DNA from: Takakia lepidozioides
Taxonomy: Eukaryota > Plantae > Bryophyta
Assembly: GCA_030704615.1 (NCBI GenBank)
Contig: CM060731.1
Span: forward strand, 22,382,001 to 22,446,000
Length of the DNA stretch: 64,000 bases
Direction: 5' to 3'
Position 1 is the stretch's first letter. The number at the start of each line of letters is the position of its first letter. Made by a program: the position numbers and the translations under genes. The notes under the pieces are model-generated. The model saw nothing but the letters and a program-made list of their open reading frames with translations. It was not told the origin of the DNA and ran no database searches. Below are positions 52,301 through 64,000 of this stretch, piece by piece.

Positions 52301-55300
52301 GGAACGTGAACACCAAGCCCGAAATGATGCAGGAGAAGCTTCATCGCCTGTCCACTGCCGTAGTGGAGCCAAAGGTGAAAGTGAAATGGCTTGAGATTTG
52401 GAACGCCGACCCGACAGTGAAAGATAACCACTGCTTTCCGAAGAATGAGAAGAACAAGGAAACAAGAGTCATAAAGCAATTCAGTGACCATGTTCTCGAT
52501 ATGTGGCTGCACAAAGCCACGTACTGGGCACAGGTTTTTTCCTCTCCCCTTCCATTTCCACTGCAAATCTGCATTGCACCGGGAAAAGTCACTTACTCTT
52601 CTTAAACATCTTTTCTCTTAATTGTAGAACTGTTCTTGCGCAGATAGAGGCTCGGGCACAACTGGTGCTGGAGAAGCAGCTGAACGATTACAAGATAATT
52701 ATGACTCCACCGACAGATACTCTAGAAGACTACGTCCGCCAGTGGAAAACAACTTGCTTCGGCACTTGCTTCTTTAGGGAGTTCGCCAAAGAGGGAGGCA
52801 TCTCGCGCACTAACGACTTCGAGCAGCAGCATGGATCAGAACAGGCCATGAAGAGGGTTCTATACAGGTTCGTCTTGACACTCTTTTTCCACCCTTCTTT
52901 CATGTCTCATGAAGTTTCGATTTCGTTGCAGCCCTGCTCTTTTGTCCCAAAACTGTGTGCGCTGACGCACTCAGTAAAAGGGTGGGCACTTCTGTGTCTC
53001 CCAAGCTTTCATTCCACATACGAATATCCGATCTTGTACTGAACCACACCTGCCCTGGCTTGTAAGTAGGGCCTGGGTGGACAGACCAAAAATTGAGTGC
53101 GCTGGCGCACACAGTCAAGGGGTCCTTTAACCATTATCTCACATTTTCCCCACTCACTAATATTCCCTATGTTTTGATTGTGTAGGTACATCAAGAACGT
53201 TCTCATTCCAGGCAAGAACCTGAGTCGACACCCGCACTTTATTGACCTATGGTGTGATCCATCCAACACTCAGACAATGTACACTGCAGGGATTTTGAAG
53301 GATTACGGGACCTCGCATCTTCGAGACTGCTGCTGGTATATGGATATCTCATGGTCTGGATGCCCTTGGTCTGAGCTTGTGACCCGAAATCAAAATGACA
53401 ATGCAGAGGCCTTGGCCCCTCTGACGGAGAAGGAGTTGCACGAGAGAAACTTGAGGATATTGGCTGTGAAAGAGCCTCTTGCACAGAATACGCCAGAAAG
53501 CCTGGCCGAAAGAAGAAGGGTCTTAAAGAGCCCTACGATGCAATGGAGCACCCATCTAGAATCATTTTTCCAGGCATGTGCGAGTTGGTAAACGACGGGT
53601 TCCTGGCCATGATGGAGACAAGGAAGTCAAGTTACAGTGGTGATCCTTCCAAAACATGGGACAAGCTATGTGCTTTTCTCCAATCGGTAAGCAATTATCA
53701 TGCATGTGTTTGTGTTTAGTTTTCTTTGTTTTATTTTTACTTGGATCAGAAAGGTCGCTTATAAAACATCTTCCCCTTCTTACACGCTATATTGCTTGCA
53801 GGCATGGAGGGGGAAGGAATCTTGGGTGAATGGTGCACTGAAACCGTTTGCTTCGGAGATGGTTATTGTGGACATTCCGGACGGGCATCCAGTCCCGGAT
53901 ACTCTGCCCAGTGACACCTGCCCAACATGGAACAAATTTGACGAGAGGTATTGGAGTTGGGTGTTTCCCTTTTGCAAGTTTTTCCTTTTTTTGATACAGG
54001 GGTTCTTGTTATCATACAATTTGTCACGATGAGATGTCGCCGGGAGCTGGCAAGCTACTTGAAAGCCTTGGGGATGCGGATTATCAAGACCTGGAATTGT
54101 GTCAACAACCTATATCTGACGAAGGGGGATTGCCCAGGGCAGAAGGTACGTTTCAAATACTTTATTTTTATGCCTTCTCTATTGAAGTTCCACTATACTG
54201 ACTGTTATGAAGTCATGCGGTTCGCACTGCCTGAATTGAGTGCTTCAGCGCACTCAGTTATGGCTGTGCATGAGCAATGAGTCTGGACCCGTTCCATCCG
54301 GAATGGGTCTGCACTCCCACCCAGATGTGCTATGAAATATTCCTCACTAATTATTTACCTCTTCATCCCAAACCCGTCTATTTGAGGCCGTCTGTCTCGT
54401 GAGGGTACATCCACTGTCGACTCCCACCACGGTGGTGGAGTTCGAGCTTCATGGGGGAGGATGTTTCATAAACGGAGGTTCGATCCTGTCGTCGATGACA
54501 TGCACTACAACTATGTGGACTGCAACGTATGTTTGCGAAAGCCAAATGGAACGCCTTGGAGAGGGGCCCGTGAAAAAAACCCGACTTTTATCCAAACGAT
54601 CATTGAGAGTTGTTCTCGGCCAGGGGCCCGCATCATATATCTCACTCTCGGCACAGGTTTCTCTTCTTGCCTTTGTCATCGATTTCTTTCCTTCTGCACC
54701 TTCTTTACTCAATATTCTAAAAGTCTAATTCCATCATTCTGTCTCTTGCAGGCGCTTCTTAGCATGCTTGCAAGGCAGGTGGCAGGCACTTGTTTGGTAT
54801 GGAAGGAGATGCAGATATTTTCACTGGCCTACTCGCCAAGTTGCAAGGGGGCTCGTCTACCTCCAATGTGAAGGATGTCACTACGCAAATTGATATCCTC
54901 GACGGAGACGACAAGGACTTGGACAATGACTTTTCATGTGAGTAAGTTCATTTTCTGTCTATTTGATCCCGTGTATATTCTCTGTCGCGTCCCCTTCTGT
55001 TGTCTGATTATTACCCAAATGATGCATTTCTGATTGCAGGAATGTCAACGCACTCCCGTGGCCCCTGTCTTCCATATACTTGAGGGACTTGTGCTGGAGC
55101 CCACCTCCTAATTATGTCCTCTTGACTGCGCGGAAGGCATTGCTCGTGTGCAAGCAGCTGTGCTTTCTCCCCCACCCTTGCGTTGGAGTTCCAGAAAGAC
55201 GCTCAGGCACCTCCGCGCAAAGCTCTTCATAGATGATAGTGCCGCAGTTTCAGGTGGTAGCAGATTCAGGTGGTAGCATTAGCAGTGTTGACACCACCTA

Positions 55301-55320
55301 CGGATATACTTGAGGGCATT
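49396..55320 (+). pseudogene. Multi-exon gene: ParB/Srx-like domain, helical region and beta-class amino (N6A/N4C) DNA methyltransferase-like domain; contains stops and frameshifts
   Basis: IPLCRLISMPIVRP...WDGNHRFMAW (about 51560); VIVDIPDG (53871, motif IV-like); after splicing 54657-54751, REKNPTFIQTIIESCSRPGARIIYLTLGTGAS*HACKAGGRHLFGMEGD (motif X-I-II-like). Exon 49396-49653 joins 51105 in frame. Confidence 0.7.
49737..51032. repeat. Phased array of 11 palindromes TGAGTGCG-N4-CGCACTCA within a diverged, about 261-bp dimeric repeat
   Basis: Starts at 49737, 49861, 49979, 50125, 50240, 50387, 50501, 50647, 50761, 50907, 51013. Confidence 0.95.
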
Positions 55321-55721
55321 CATTTATGGAACATGAGGGGACACACTCTCCGTTTTCCGTTGCACCACCATTTCTCTTCCCACCATCCGTTGTAATGAGC
55401 ACGGACTACAATGAAATTCACATCCCTGAATTGAAACATTCTCTCCCCCGCGTCCTACGAATTTGAAAGTGTTTTCCTTCTAAACATTGCTCTCCAATTC
55501 AACCATGTGCATTCAATAAAAGTTTTTCAACAGAGATGAATATGTGCATAGTCCAGTAGACAATCATTTGACATATGCCATCACACCAATATTTGGTTGG
55601 ATGGATGGAGGATGAATGTTTTTGGATGGATGAAGCCAGATTGGATGTGCACTGTGGATGGTCCCATGGATGATGTCAGTGCGCAATATCATACACAGTG
55701 GCGGGATGGCGAGGTTCACTG

Positions 55722-56300
55722 TCAGGGTTGAGGTGGGTCCCTAAGGCTGACAAGGGTTGGGGATTCTGTTTGGGATTGCAGGGTAAATATGGATGAAGAC
55801 GTGTTTCTGCGGTAATGGGTCCTCTTCCACGGAAATAGACGCCACATCTTTCCCAAAATCATGCCACGTGTCCTGGGCGTGCGCTCAGGAGAATTCCAAG
55901 CAGGATCCTGCCAAGTAGGGACTGGTGGCCATGGTTGTTGGCCAGAAGGCCGAGGACCATACTGGCCATACTGTCCATAAGCAGGAGGATATTCCGGTGG
56001 CCTGCCACCCCCATAGCTATTAGGGGGTGGCAAATATGGTGGAGGAGGATACTGGCCATACTGCCCATATGGAGGAGCACCATATTGACCCTGACCATAC
56101 TGAGTGCCAGACTGTGGGTACTGAGGCATACCATAATAAGGTGGGGGTACTGGTGGCACAGAACCCACAACGTTGGGAGAGTTAGGGCCACCTCCTGCGT
56201 TCTTGTGGGCGCCATCTCCATTGCTAGCAGTAGGGATCGTGGATCCAGTGCGCTTGTGCTTGCCCTGAAAAGAAATTCCCCCAGTACAATGTGGGTGATT
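55722..56300 (-). pseudogene. Pro/Gly/Tyr/Gln-rich exon, probably part of the CACTA TnpA-type accessory gene
   Basis: Low-complexity PPYGQYGQY repeats on the same strand, downstream of the CACTA transposase. Confidence 0.4.
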
Positions 56301-56842
56301 ACACATACATATAGGCAGCAAGCAGCAAATCCTTGAATTCAGGCAAAACAAACTGGAAGCACATATCATTTGTAAAGACAAGATTACCCAAAACTCAGTA
56401 TGATCTTGGGCAGTAAATCTCCCAAATTTGATTGGCCCCAATGATGTCCTCCCAGTACATTTTTTAGCCCTCTTAGGTATGGGATGTTCCTGAAGTCCAT
56501 AGCAAGAATTCAAATGGACAAACTTGATGGGTCCATGAGAAGTATCCCTCCAAGTTTTACTGATATTCTGGGTGCATAAGTAACCCAAGTATCTCTATAA
56601 GTAGCCATTGTAGCTTAGTACCAGGACGTTGGTTTCATGGGGCAAAGAATTTGAACACACCTGAAGTCTACATTGGCCTGACATCATGCCTTTGGCACTC
56701 AACTTGTCTAGTGGAAATCATTTGTGATTGTGCCTTGGCTGACCCCTGCATTGTCCAACTTCCCTGTCTTGACAGACATACCCTATCTCTTCGTGATTTT
56801 ACCAAAAACATACATAATTAGAATCATGGTCATTGTGAAGAA

Positions 56843-59597
56843 CTATAACTCACAGACGGAGAAGGTGTTCGTAGTGTAGATGATGGGCGTTTTTGTCCTG
56901 CGACATGAGCATGGGCATGTTCTCCTCGGCTTGCCGTGGCATCCGCCGACGACGCACTCGCCTCGCACTGGCATGGGAGGAGTGGATCGTACTTTTGCAC
57001 ACAACTTCTTAAATACACGACATACTCGCAAAATGGCCCTTCGAGGACCACTTGGCATGAGCCCACGGATAGCAAGCGGTATAATTTGCTGCATGACCAC
57101 ATGATAGTCATGTGATTTCATGCCTGACAACTTCTTCTTCACCACATGCTTTTTGAAAGCTGATGCGTAGCCTGTTGGCTCTTTCAAGTTCTGCACAATC
57201 TCCAGAAAGACTTGTAACTCAGCCTCAGTGAGGACATAAGGGGCAGGAGGCATAATTAACGTATCTGCTCTGTCAAGATCACGTTGTAGCCACAATTCCG
57301 GGGGCATCCCAAGTAGCTCCAAATCACGGCGAACTTTCAATGTGTCTTTCTCACCAAAGATAGTTTTAATAATATTTTTAGCCAAGTTCTTCTCGCAATG
57401 CATTGCGTCAAACGTGTGGCGGATGAGGAGACCCTACAAAATGAACACATAAGCAATTGAGCATTTACTCATCACAATTTAAACAGAAAACGCAAAAATG
57501 TACACAGCCAATTTAAAGGCCATGAAGGAATTACCTCCCAATAAGGTAAGACATATAAAATTGACAATCGCTTAACTCCATGAGTTTTTGCTGGGTCTGT
57601 CCTGCTATCTGGCGTCCCTCCGTTTTCCACCCATGCGGTGCGAGCTATTGCAAGGTCCTTGATTTGTGTTCCAGTCTGCGTTTTTGGAGGAGTTCCATGC
57701 TCAGTAGCGCCATTGAACATTCTTGACCTTCTATATGGATGATTGCGGGCCAAAAATCTTCGGTGGCCTAGGAAAATAATTTTTCCACATGTGTGTAACT
57801 GCTGTGAAATCACCCCGGGTCCACAAGCTAGACAACCAGCATAACCTTTCGTCAATTGACCTGAGAGCAAGCCATATGCAGGGTAGTCATGGATTGACCA
57901 CATCAACACTGCCCTAAGTGTGAATTCGCGTTGACCACGAGGACGGGAAACATCATGAGCTGCAATCCCTCTCCATAGTTCCAATAGCTCTTCCACTAGG
58001 GGCATCAGGTAAACATCTACGTTGTCCGAGGTAACAGACTCCTTACCAGGAATCAGTAGCGCTAACATGACAAAGAACTTTTTGGTCATTAACCACGGAG
58101 GCAAATTGTAATTGACCAAGAGAACGGGCCATGTGCTCTAACTTGTGGATTGAGCTCCGTAGGGATTTACACCGTCTAAGGCCAATCCAAATCGCAGAGA
58201 TCGTGGCTCTGCAGCAAAATCCGCAAATGTGGTGTCAATGTGTCTCCATGCTTTGCTATCAGCTGGATGTCAAACCAACCCATCCTGGCTCTTATGTCTG
58301 TCGTGCCATGTCATGAGGTTAGCGATCGATTTACATCGGTACATACGTTTCAACCTTGGAATGACAGGGAAGTGTCGCAATACTTTCTTGGGCACACTTC
58401 CACGACCTGGAATGTAACGGGAACTGCGGCACACTGGGCAAATGTCTACATTCTCATACTCCCCACGGAAGAGTACACAACCACGCTGAATCATCGTGTA
58501 ATACAATCCCATCTTGGCAATCATGGTTTTTGCTTCATAGTGAGTTTTCGGCAATGAATTCTCTTTAGGCAAAAAACTCTTACGCAACAATCCCAGAAGC
58601 TCATCCACAAAATGCATTGGTGCACTTGTGGGTAGTGCATGCGTTCAGCAACGTCAAAGTTGCTTGCAGCCGGCTGATGGAGCACCCTTCAAAAAGTGGA
58701 CATTGCGACGCTCGGAAGAGTTTATCATACTCGGGATCAACGTGCAGGTGGGCATTCTCATCAAATTCATTGTCTCCGGAATCATCGAGATCATCGACAT
58801 GATCGGCAAATGTGTGATCGGTTCCACCATGAATGGGGTCCTCTCTGTTTGCATCTGCAAAGAGAAACGCTTCCTGCAATGCACGCTGCATTTCTACCTC
58901 CAATCCACCACTCTCATCTACGTTCTCTGTGACATTGGGCTCCCGCTGTGCCGCAGGGCCTTCGTCTTCATCATCTGAATATTTACATCCCTGCATCCCA
59001 ATAGTCATCTTGTGAGTGGACCAACAACGATGTGACACTTGTTCATATTATGACATAGGAGGCACGGTGACGTTGCAGTGATGCAGTCATATTTACGTAT
59101 GTATCTTATGAATATACACCCAATCAAAACACGACATTTGTAACCATTGAAGTCATAGTTGCAGTCACTTACTTAGTCATATATGACTACATGACTACAC
59201 ATGACCAATGAAAACACGACATGTGCATTAATTAAAGTGATAACGGAAGTGGCGTAGTCATACTCACGTCTGTATCTTATGACTTCTTGACTACAATCAC
59301 CCAACGAAATGTCGACATGTGGAGAAGAGGATCGTTGCATTCAAAATTCAAACTAAAGTGCTGAAGGGAAAGTGGCGATCTTACCGGAAGAGAACAGCGT
59401 TGGAGAAGAGGATCCCTCCCGTGTATCATGTAATGATTCCTCACTGTTTCCAACAAGAGTACTTTTCCTCCATAACACTCATCGCAGTTGCATAGCATTT
59501 TTGTATGCCCATTCCTTGTGGCATAAGCTTCTTCCATTCGCCATAGACGGTCATCTATTCTACGCCTACGTATTCGTTCGCCACCTGCACTGTACAT
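56843..59597 (-). pseudogene. CACTA (En/Spm) TnpD transposase, fragmented
   Basis: Transposase-associated CNCDEC..HYMIHG; CPVC..R..KKVLRHFPVIPRLKRMY; NYNLPPWL...IHDYPAYG; DAMHCEKN; GMKSHDYHVVMQQ. Confidence 0.92.
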
Positions 59598-60135
59598 GCT
59601 TTGAACGTCACCCCTTCCCTCTTTGCATGCTACGCACAGTGCATTGTCTCTAGTTTTGCACCAGCTGCCAATGTGCTATTTCTATATCTATAGTATACTA
59701 TAAGTATCGTTTCTGAGTGTCCATGGTGAAGCGGAAGGTCTTCGAAGTGACAGTCCCTCGCACTGAGTACGAGAAGTTCCGAGAGCGCCGGATTGCTGCC
59801 ATAAAAGAGGTGGAAGCAACATTCAAGCAGTCGATAGATGGGTGAGTTTAGTTCCTGACTTTGGATACCCACCCACTAAACTTGCGATTTGCCTTATCCT
59901 CTAACCTTCCTACAGCGATCATAAGCTTCATAGCACAAATGGGGGCGAGTAGCTACGACTTGTACAAACAGAGAGGCAAACAACATGCAGTGAGTGACGA
60001 TTAGGTTTGAGGACGGTGTGTCATTAGGCGGGAGATGTCCGCCATCATTCGTGGGCAGGCATTACGTCTTGGTAGAGTGCGGCTATGGTTCAGCGTAGGC
60101 TTAAGAGTATTAGGGTATGTATGCTTACATTTGTT

Positions 60136-63100
60136 TGTGATTGCCCTCGTACCTATCGCTGCTATTGTCCCCACCACAGGGGCAGCCCCTCTTGTGTCCC
60201 GACCTCCCTGCCCTCAAGGCAAAGGGCCGCGACACACACCCCTACCAACAGGGAGTCGATGTCCTCATCGACTTGTCCATTTTGTAGAAACGAACATCCA
60301 AGTTGTGGCGTCCCACATCAAGGAGTTTGTTTCCGTACCATGGCATCCCATGGCAAAGAACCAAACCCCACACTTGACTCTACTCTCCACTAGCTAGTTC
60401 GGCCGACTTCCTCCAAGTCCCGGCCAAGGGTGGAGCCTCTCCAGCTCCTCCCAGTGCACTCTTCTTGGCCTACTTCAAGGCCAAGGAACGATCCTCCCCG
60501 AGGATCGAATCGCCTTACTGCAACAACATTGCTTGTGACCGCTCATGATGCCGCTTTTGGCATCACCTTGAGCAAGGGTTCCCTGGAACCCTCTTTGACT
60601 AGGAAGATAACCTTGAATCAACCGTGCGCCCCAATCACTACAATTGGGTCCGCCTTGGAATGCTGGCCTGAGGTACGGGAACACGCCGAAGCCGCACTAC
60701 GACTTCGTCCCGAGGCTACACGATTATAGTACGTGAACGGAAGCACGTAGCTTCCGCGTTAGCCCGCACTACAAGGCAACCCCCTCGGTAGCGCAGTTAT
60801 AGTACGCGCACGCGCCAGGTGCGCACTAGCACGTGAACTCCCAAAGAAGGCGCAAGTTTCCTTGCCCCTTGGATGGGGGTCACCCGATTTCGGCACTACG
60901 CAAACACACGATTAACCCAATTTACCTCTCCCACTTTTATAAGCTAGCATGCATTCTACACACTAGCCAACCATTCCATGCATCACCATTCCAAACAAAA
61001 TAGGAAGCACAACATTTGGAATCCATTTCATTTATAGCACGTTTTGTACAATACAAGTTTTTTTTTTGCAATCAGATTCCTGAGCTAGCTAAGCCGGGCT
61101 AAGCATGCATTTCCTCCCCCACGCTCCAAGGTTGATGTCCCCATCAACGCTTCTTCCGCTTTTGAGGTCACCCTTCGAAAACTGCAACCGCCTCGGATGC
61201 GTTTCCCATTTCTGAGGCACGCACCCAAGATGCCTCCACATGATGATAGCCCTTCCATTTGATGAGATACTCCGTTTCTTGGTTCTTGAACCTCCTCGAC
61301 TTAAGTACTGCCTCCACCTCGTACTCAGGTTCATTTTCATGATCCAACAGCACAGGTGGCGGATGCAACACTTGATGCCGATTCGGACGCGCTTCATCTT
61401 TGAAGTAAGGCTTCAAAAGGGAGACGTGAAATACTGGATGCACTTTGTTGTTTGCCGGCAGCTCCAATTCATACACATCCTCATTCATAACCTTCCGGAT
61501 GCGAAAGGGTCCCGCATACGGAGGTACGAACTTTGAACTCACTTCCGGAGGTAGTCAGAAATTCTTGATGTTCAACCAGACCTCCGTGCCTGCCTCAAAC
61601 TTCACTTCCCTCCGCTTCCGATTTGTCTGCCTTTCATACCGTTTCCTAGCTTTGGCAATGTTGTACTTTGCGAGCTTCAACAAACGCTCACGTTCTTCTA
61701 GTACCACCGCTACTGCCGGTTCCTCAACGTCCTGGGCGGCCCAACTTGTCGGCACCAGAGGTGCTTTTCCATAGACCAATACGAAAGGGGAAACTCCCGT
61801 TGCGGACTGTTCTGTGTTATTATAACAGAACTCTGCCGCGTCTAAGTGTTCCATCCAGTCTGTTTGGTCTGCCGACACTTAATTCCGCAAGATCTGCTTC
61901 ACTACGGAATTCACTCTTTCTGTTTGGCCGTCGGTCGTAGGTCGGAAGGCGGTGCTCATCTTCAGCCTCGTCCCCATCTTCTTAAAAAGTGCCCTCCAAA
62001 ATTTACTCGTAAACTTTGGATCGCGGTCCGAGACAATATCCTTTGGGACTCCATGATGCTTTAAGACGTGGGCAAAGTAAAGTCGCTCTGTTTCCTGCGC
62101 CATTGCCGTCTCCTTGGTGGGGATGAAATGACCCATTTTACTGAACCTATCCACCACCACCATGATTGCATCGAATCCTTTTGACAGCGGCATAGCAGTC
62201 ATGAAATCCATCGAGACGCTTTCCCAAGTCCCCTCTGGAATCGGCAAGGGTTGTAACAGCCCTGCTTGCTTTTTGTACTCGCTCCGGTTTTGTTGGCATG
62301 TGGTGCATGTCTTGACATACTCCTCTGCCTCCTCCCTCAGTTTGGGCCAGAAATACTCTTTCTTCAAGAGTGCCGCAATGCGTTTGGCTCCGCCGTGGCC
62401 CGCAAGCGGGCTATCATGGCATTCTCTCAAGAGGCTATCTCTGATCCCTCCCTTCGGCACGTAGAGACGTTTTTGCTTATACCGGAGCAGTCCATTTTGC
62501 AAGTGGAACTGCGATTTAACCCCCATTCTCAAGTCCTGCATCACGGACTTTGCCAGCTCATCCTTCCGGCAAGCCTTCCGGATCTCCCTTTGGAGCGCTG
62601 TCTCGCCCTTGTACACCAACAAGAGCTGCTGCTTTCTACTTAAAGCATCGGCCACCATATTGTCCCGTCCCGGTTTGTACTGGATATCCACGTCGAACAC
62701 CGCCAAAGTATCTTGCCCACCTAAGTTGTTTTGGGGACAACTTGGGCTGCGTGGCAAAATACTTCACTGTGACATTGTCCGTGAACACCTTCACTGGGTT
62801 GGAACCAACATAGTGGCGCCAAAGCTCAAGGCAATGCACCACCGCCTTCATCTCTTTTTCGTGCGTCGGCCACCGTCGCTCCACTTCATTCAGTTTCTTA
62901 CTTTCGTAAGCCACTGGACGTCCATCTTGCATAAGTACTCCCCCAATCGCGAAGTCCGACGCATCTGTATGAATCTCAAATGGACGATCGAACTCCGGGA
63001 TTTTCAAGACTGGAGCTTCCGCCATCCGCTGCTTCAATTCAGCAAAAGCTTGGCCACAAAAGGTGTTCCATGCCCAGACTTTAGATTTACACAGAAGGTC

Positions 63101-64000
63101 TGACAGCGGCCCCGCAATCTTGGCGAAATTTCTCACATACTTCCGGTAATAGGAGGCGAGTCCTAGGAAGGATCGCACTCCCGGGACCGAAGTCAGAGGC
63201 TCCCAGTCCAAGATTGCCCTTACCTTTCTGTCATCCATTTTGATCCCATCCTGTGTAATCACATGCCCCAAGAACTCTACTTTCGTGACCCCGAATTCGC
63301 ACTTTGAAGCTTTGGCATACAGCTTTCCTTCTCGCAATTTTCGGAACACCCTTTTGAGGTGCTCCAGGTGCTCCTACTTTGTTTTCGAGTACACCAAGAT
63401 GTCGTCGATGTACACGATCACAAAGTCATCCAACCACTCCTGAAAAAGGCTGTTCATCAGCGTGCTAAATGTCGCTGGTGCATTGGTGAGCCCAAAAGGC
63501 ATCACCAAGAACTCATATGAACCATACCTTGTCCTGCACGCGGTCTTCTCCTCATCTCCTTCCGCCACCCGAATTTGGTGATAGCCGGAGCGCAAGTCGA
63601 TCCGGCTGAAATACTTCGCTCCTGCCAACCGATCGAAGAGGTTGTCGATTCTTGGCAAACGGTACCGGTTTTTGATAGTCACCTTATTCAGAGCCCTGTA
63701 ATCGACACACATCCGCAGCGTCCCATCCTTCTTGTCTGCAAATAGCACCGGGGCTCCGTAAGGTGACTTACTCGGCCGGATGTACCCCTTTGACATTAGA
63801 TCCTTGAGCTGAGTCTTCAGCTCGACCAACTCTCTGTGGCTCAACCGGTAGGGCGCCTTGGCAGGCGGTTCCGATCCCGGTATCACCTCAATCTTGTGGT
63901 CAACTCCTCTTCGCGGTGGCAAGCCGCTTGGTAAATCCTCCGGCATCACATCCTGGTATTTCTCCAAAATCCCCTTGATCCAATCTGGGCTCGGCTCCCC
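60136..64000 (-). mobile_element. Ty3/gypsy chromovirus LTR retrotransposon (RT, RNase H, integrase, chromodomain, PPT, 3' LTR); degenerate, continues beyond the window
   Basis: [10 protein letters not shown] and YIDD (63374-63967); TDASD RNase H; HHCC and DDE integrase; GPF and HPVFHVSLLK; YEVEAVL..YLIKWKGY chromodomain; PPT GGGGGAGGAAA at 61110-61120 followed by TG at 61109. The LTR outer end is uncertain (about 60019-60136). Confidence 0.93.

Larger units (their letters stand above)
44055..55350. mobile_element. Mutator-like element carrying a transposase and a ParB-methyltransferase gene; right end not identified
   Basis: Putative left terminus GAGGGTG at 44055 (split by a solo LTR); about 120-bp subterminal repeats at 44730-45100; two divergent genes; one palindromic motif shared across the span. 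Boundaries are approximate. Confidence 0.65.

Noticed and set aside
59891-59910. Possible right end of the 44055 MULE (..CCTC followed by TAACCTTCC vs left flank TAACCTCTG)
   Set aside because: Only 6/9 TSD match and almost no TIR similarity beyond GAGG; likely chance.

Overview
Eukaryotic, intron-containing DNA from a land plant, most likely a non-seed plant such as a moss (inferred from the PLS-DYW PPR style and the TE repertoire). A host gene island (about 31.9-43.6 kb) holds an unknown ORF, an ATL RING-H2 ligase, AP-4 sigma, an intact PPR-DYW editing factor and tRNA-Gln(UUG). Nested, mostly decayed transposons flank it. On the left is a 27-kb hAT element (1691-28765; 12-bp TIRs, perfect 8-bp TSD GTTGGCCC). 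It carries its transposase, two paralogous coiled-coil/RING-H2 genes, a protein kinase, two inverted 120-bp tandem arrays and GGCGACCG motif clusters. A MITE, a PPR-capturing CACTA and a small MULE are inserted in it. On the right is a Mutator-like element whose GCM/DDE/SWIM transposase lies head-to-head with a spliced gene encoding a ParB-like domain fused to a beta-class (N6A/N4C-type) DNA methyltransferase fold. Fifteen copies of a 20-bp palindrome (TGAGTGCG-N4-CGCACTCA) lie in its non-coding DNA, 11 of them regularly phased in intron 1. This ParB/parS-like methyltransferase module is the best candidate for an undescribed system. The window ends with a CACTA transposase and a chromodomain Ty3/gypsy element. 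All calls come from reading the sequence by eye; no searches were run.
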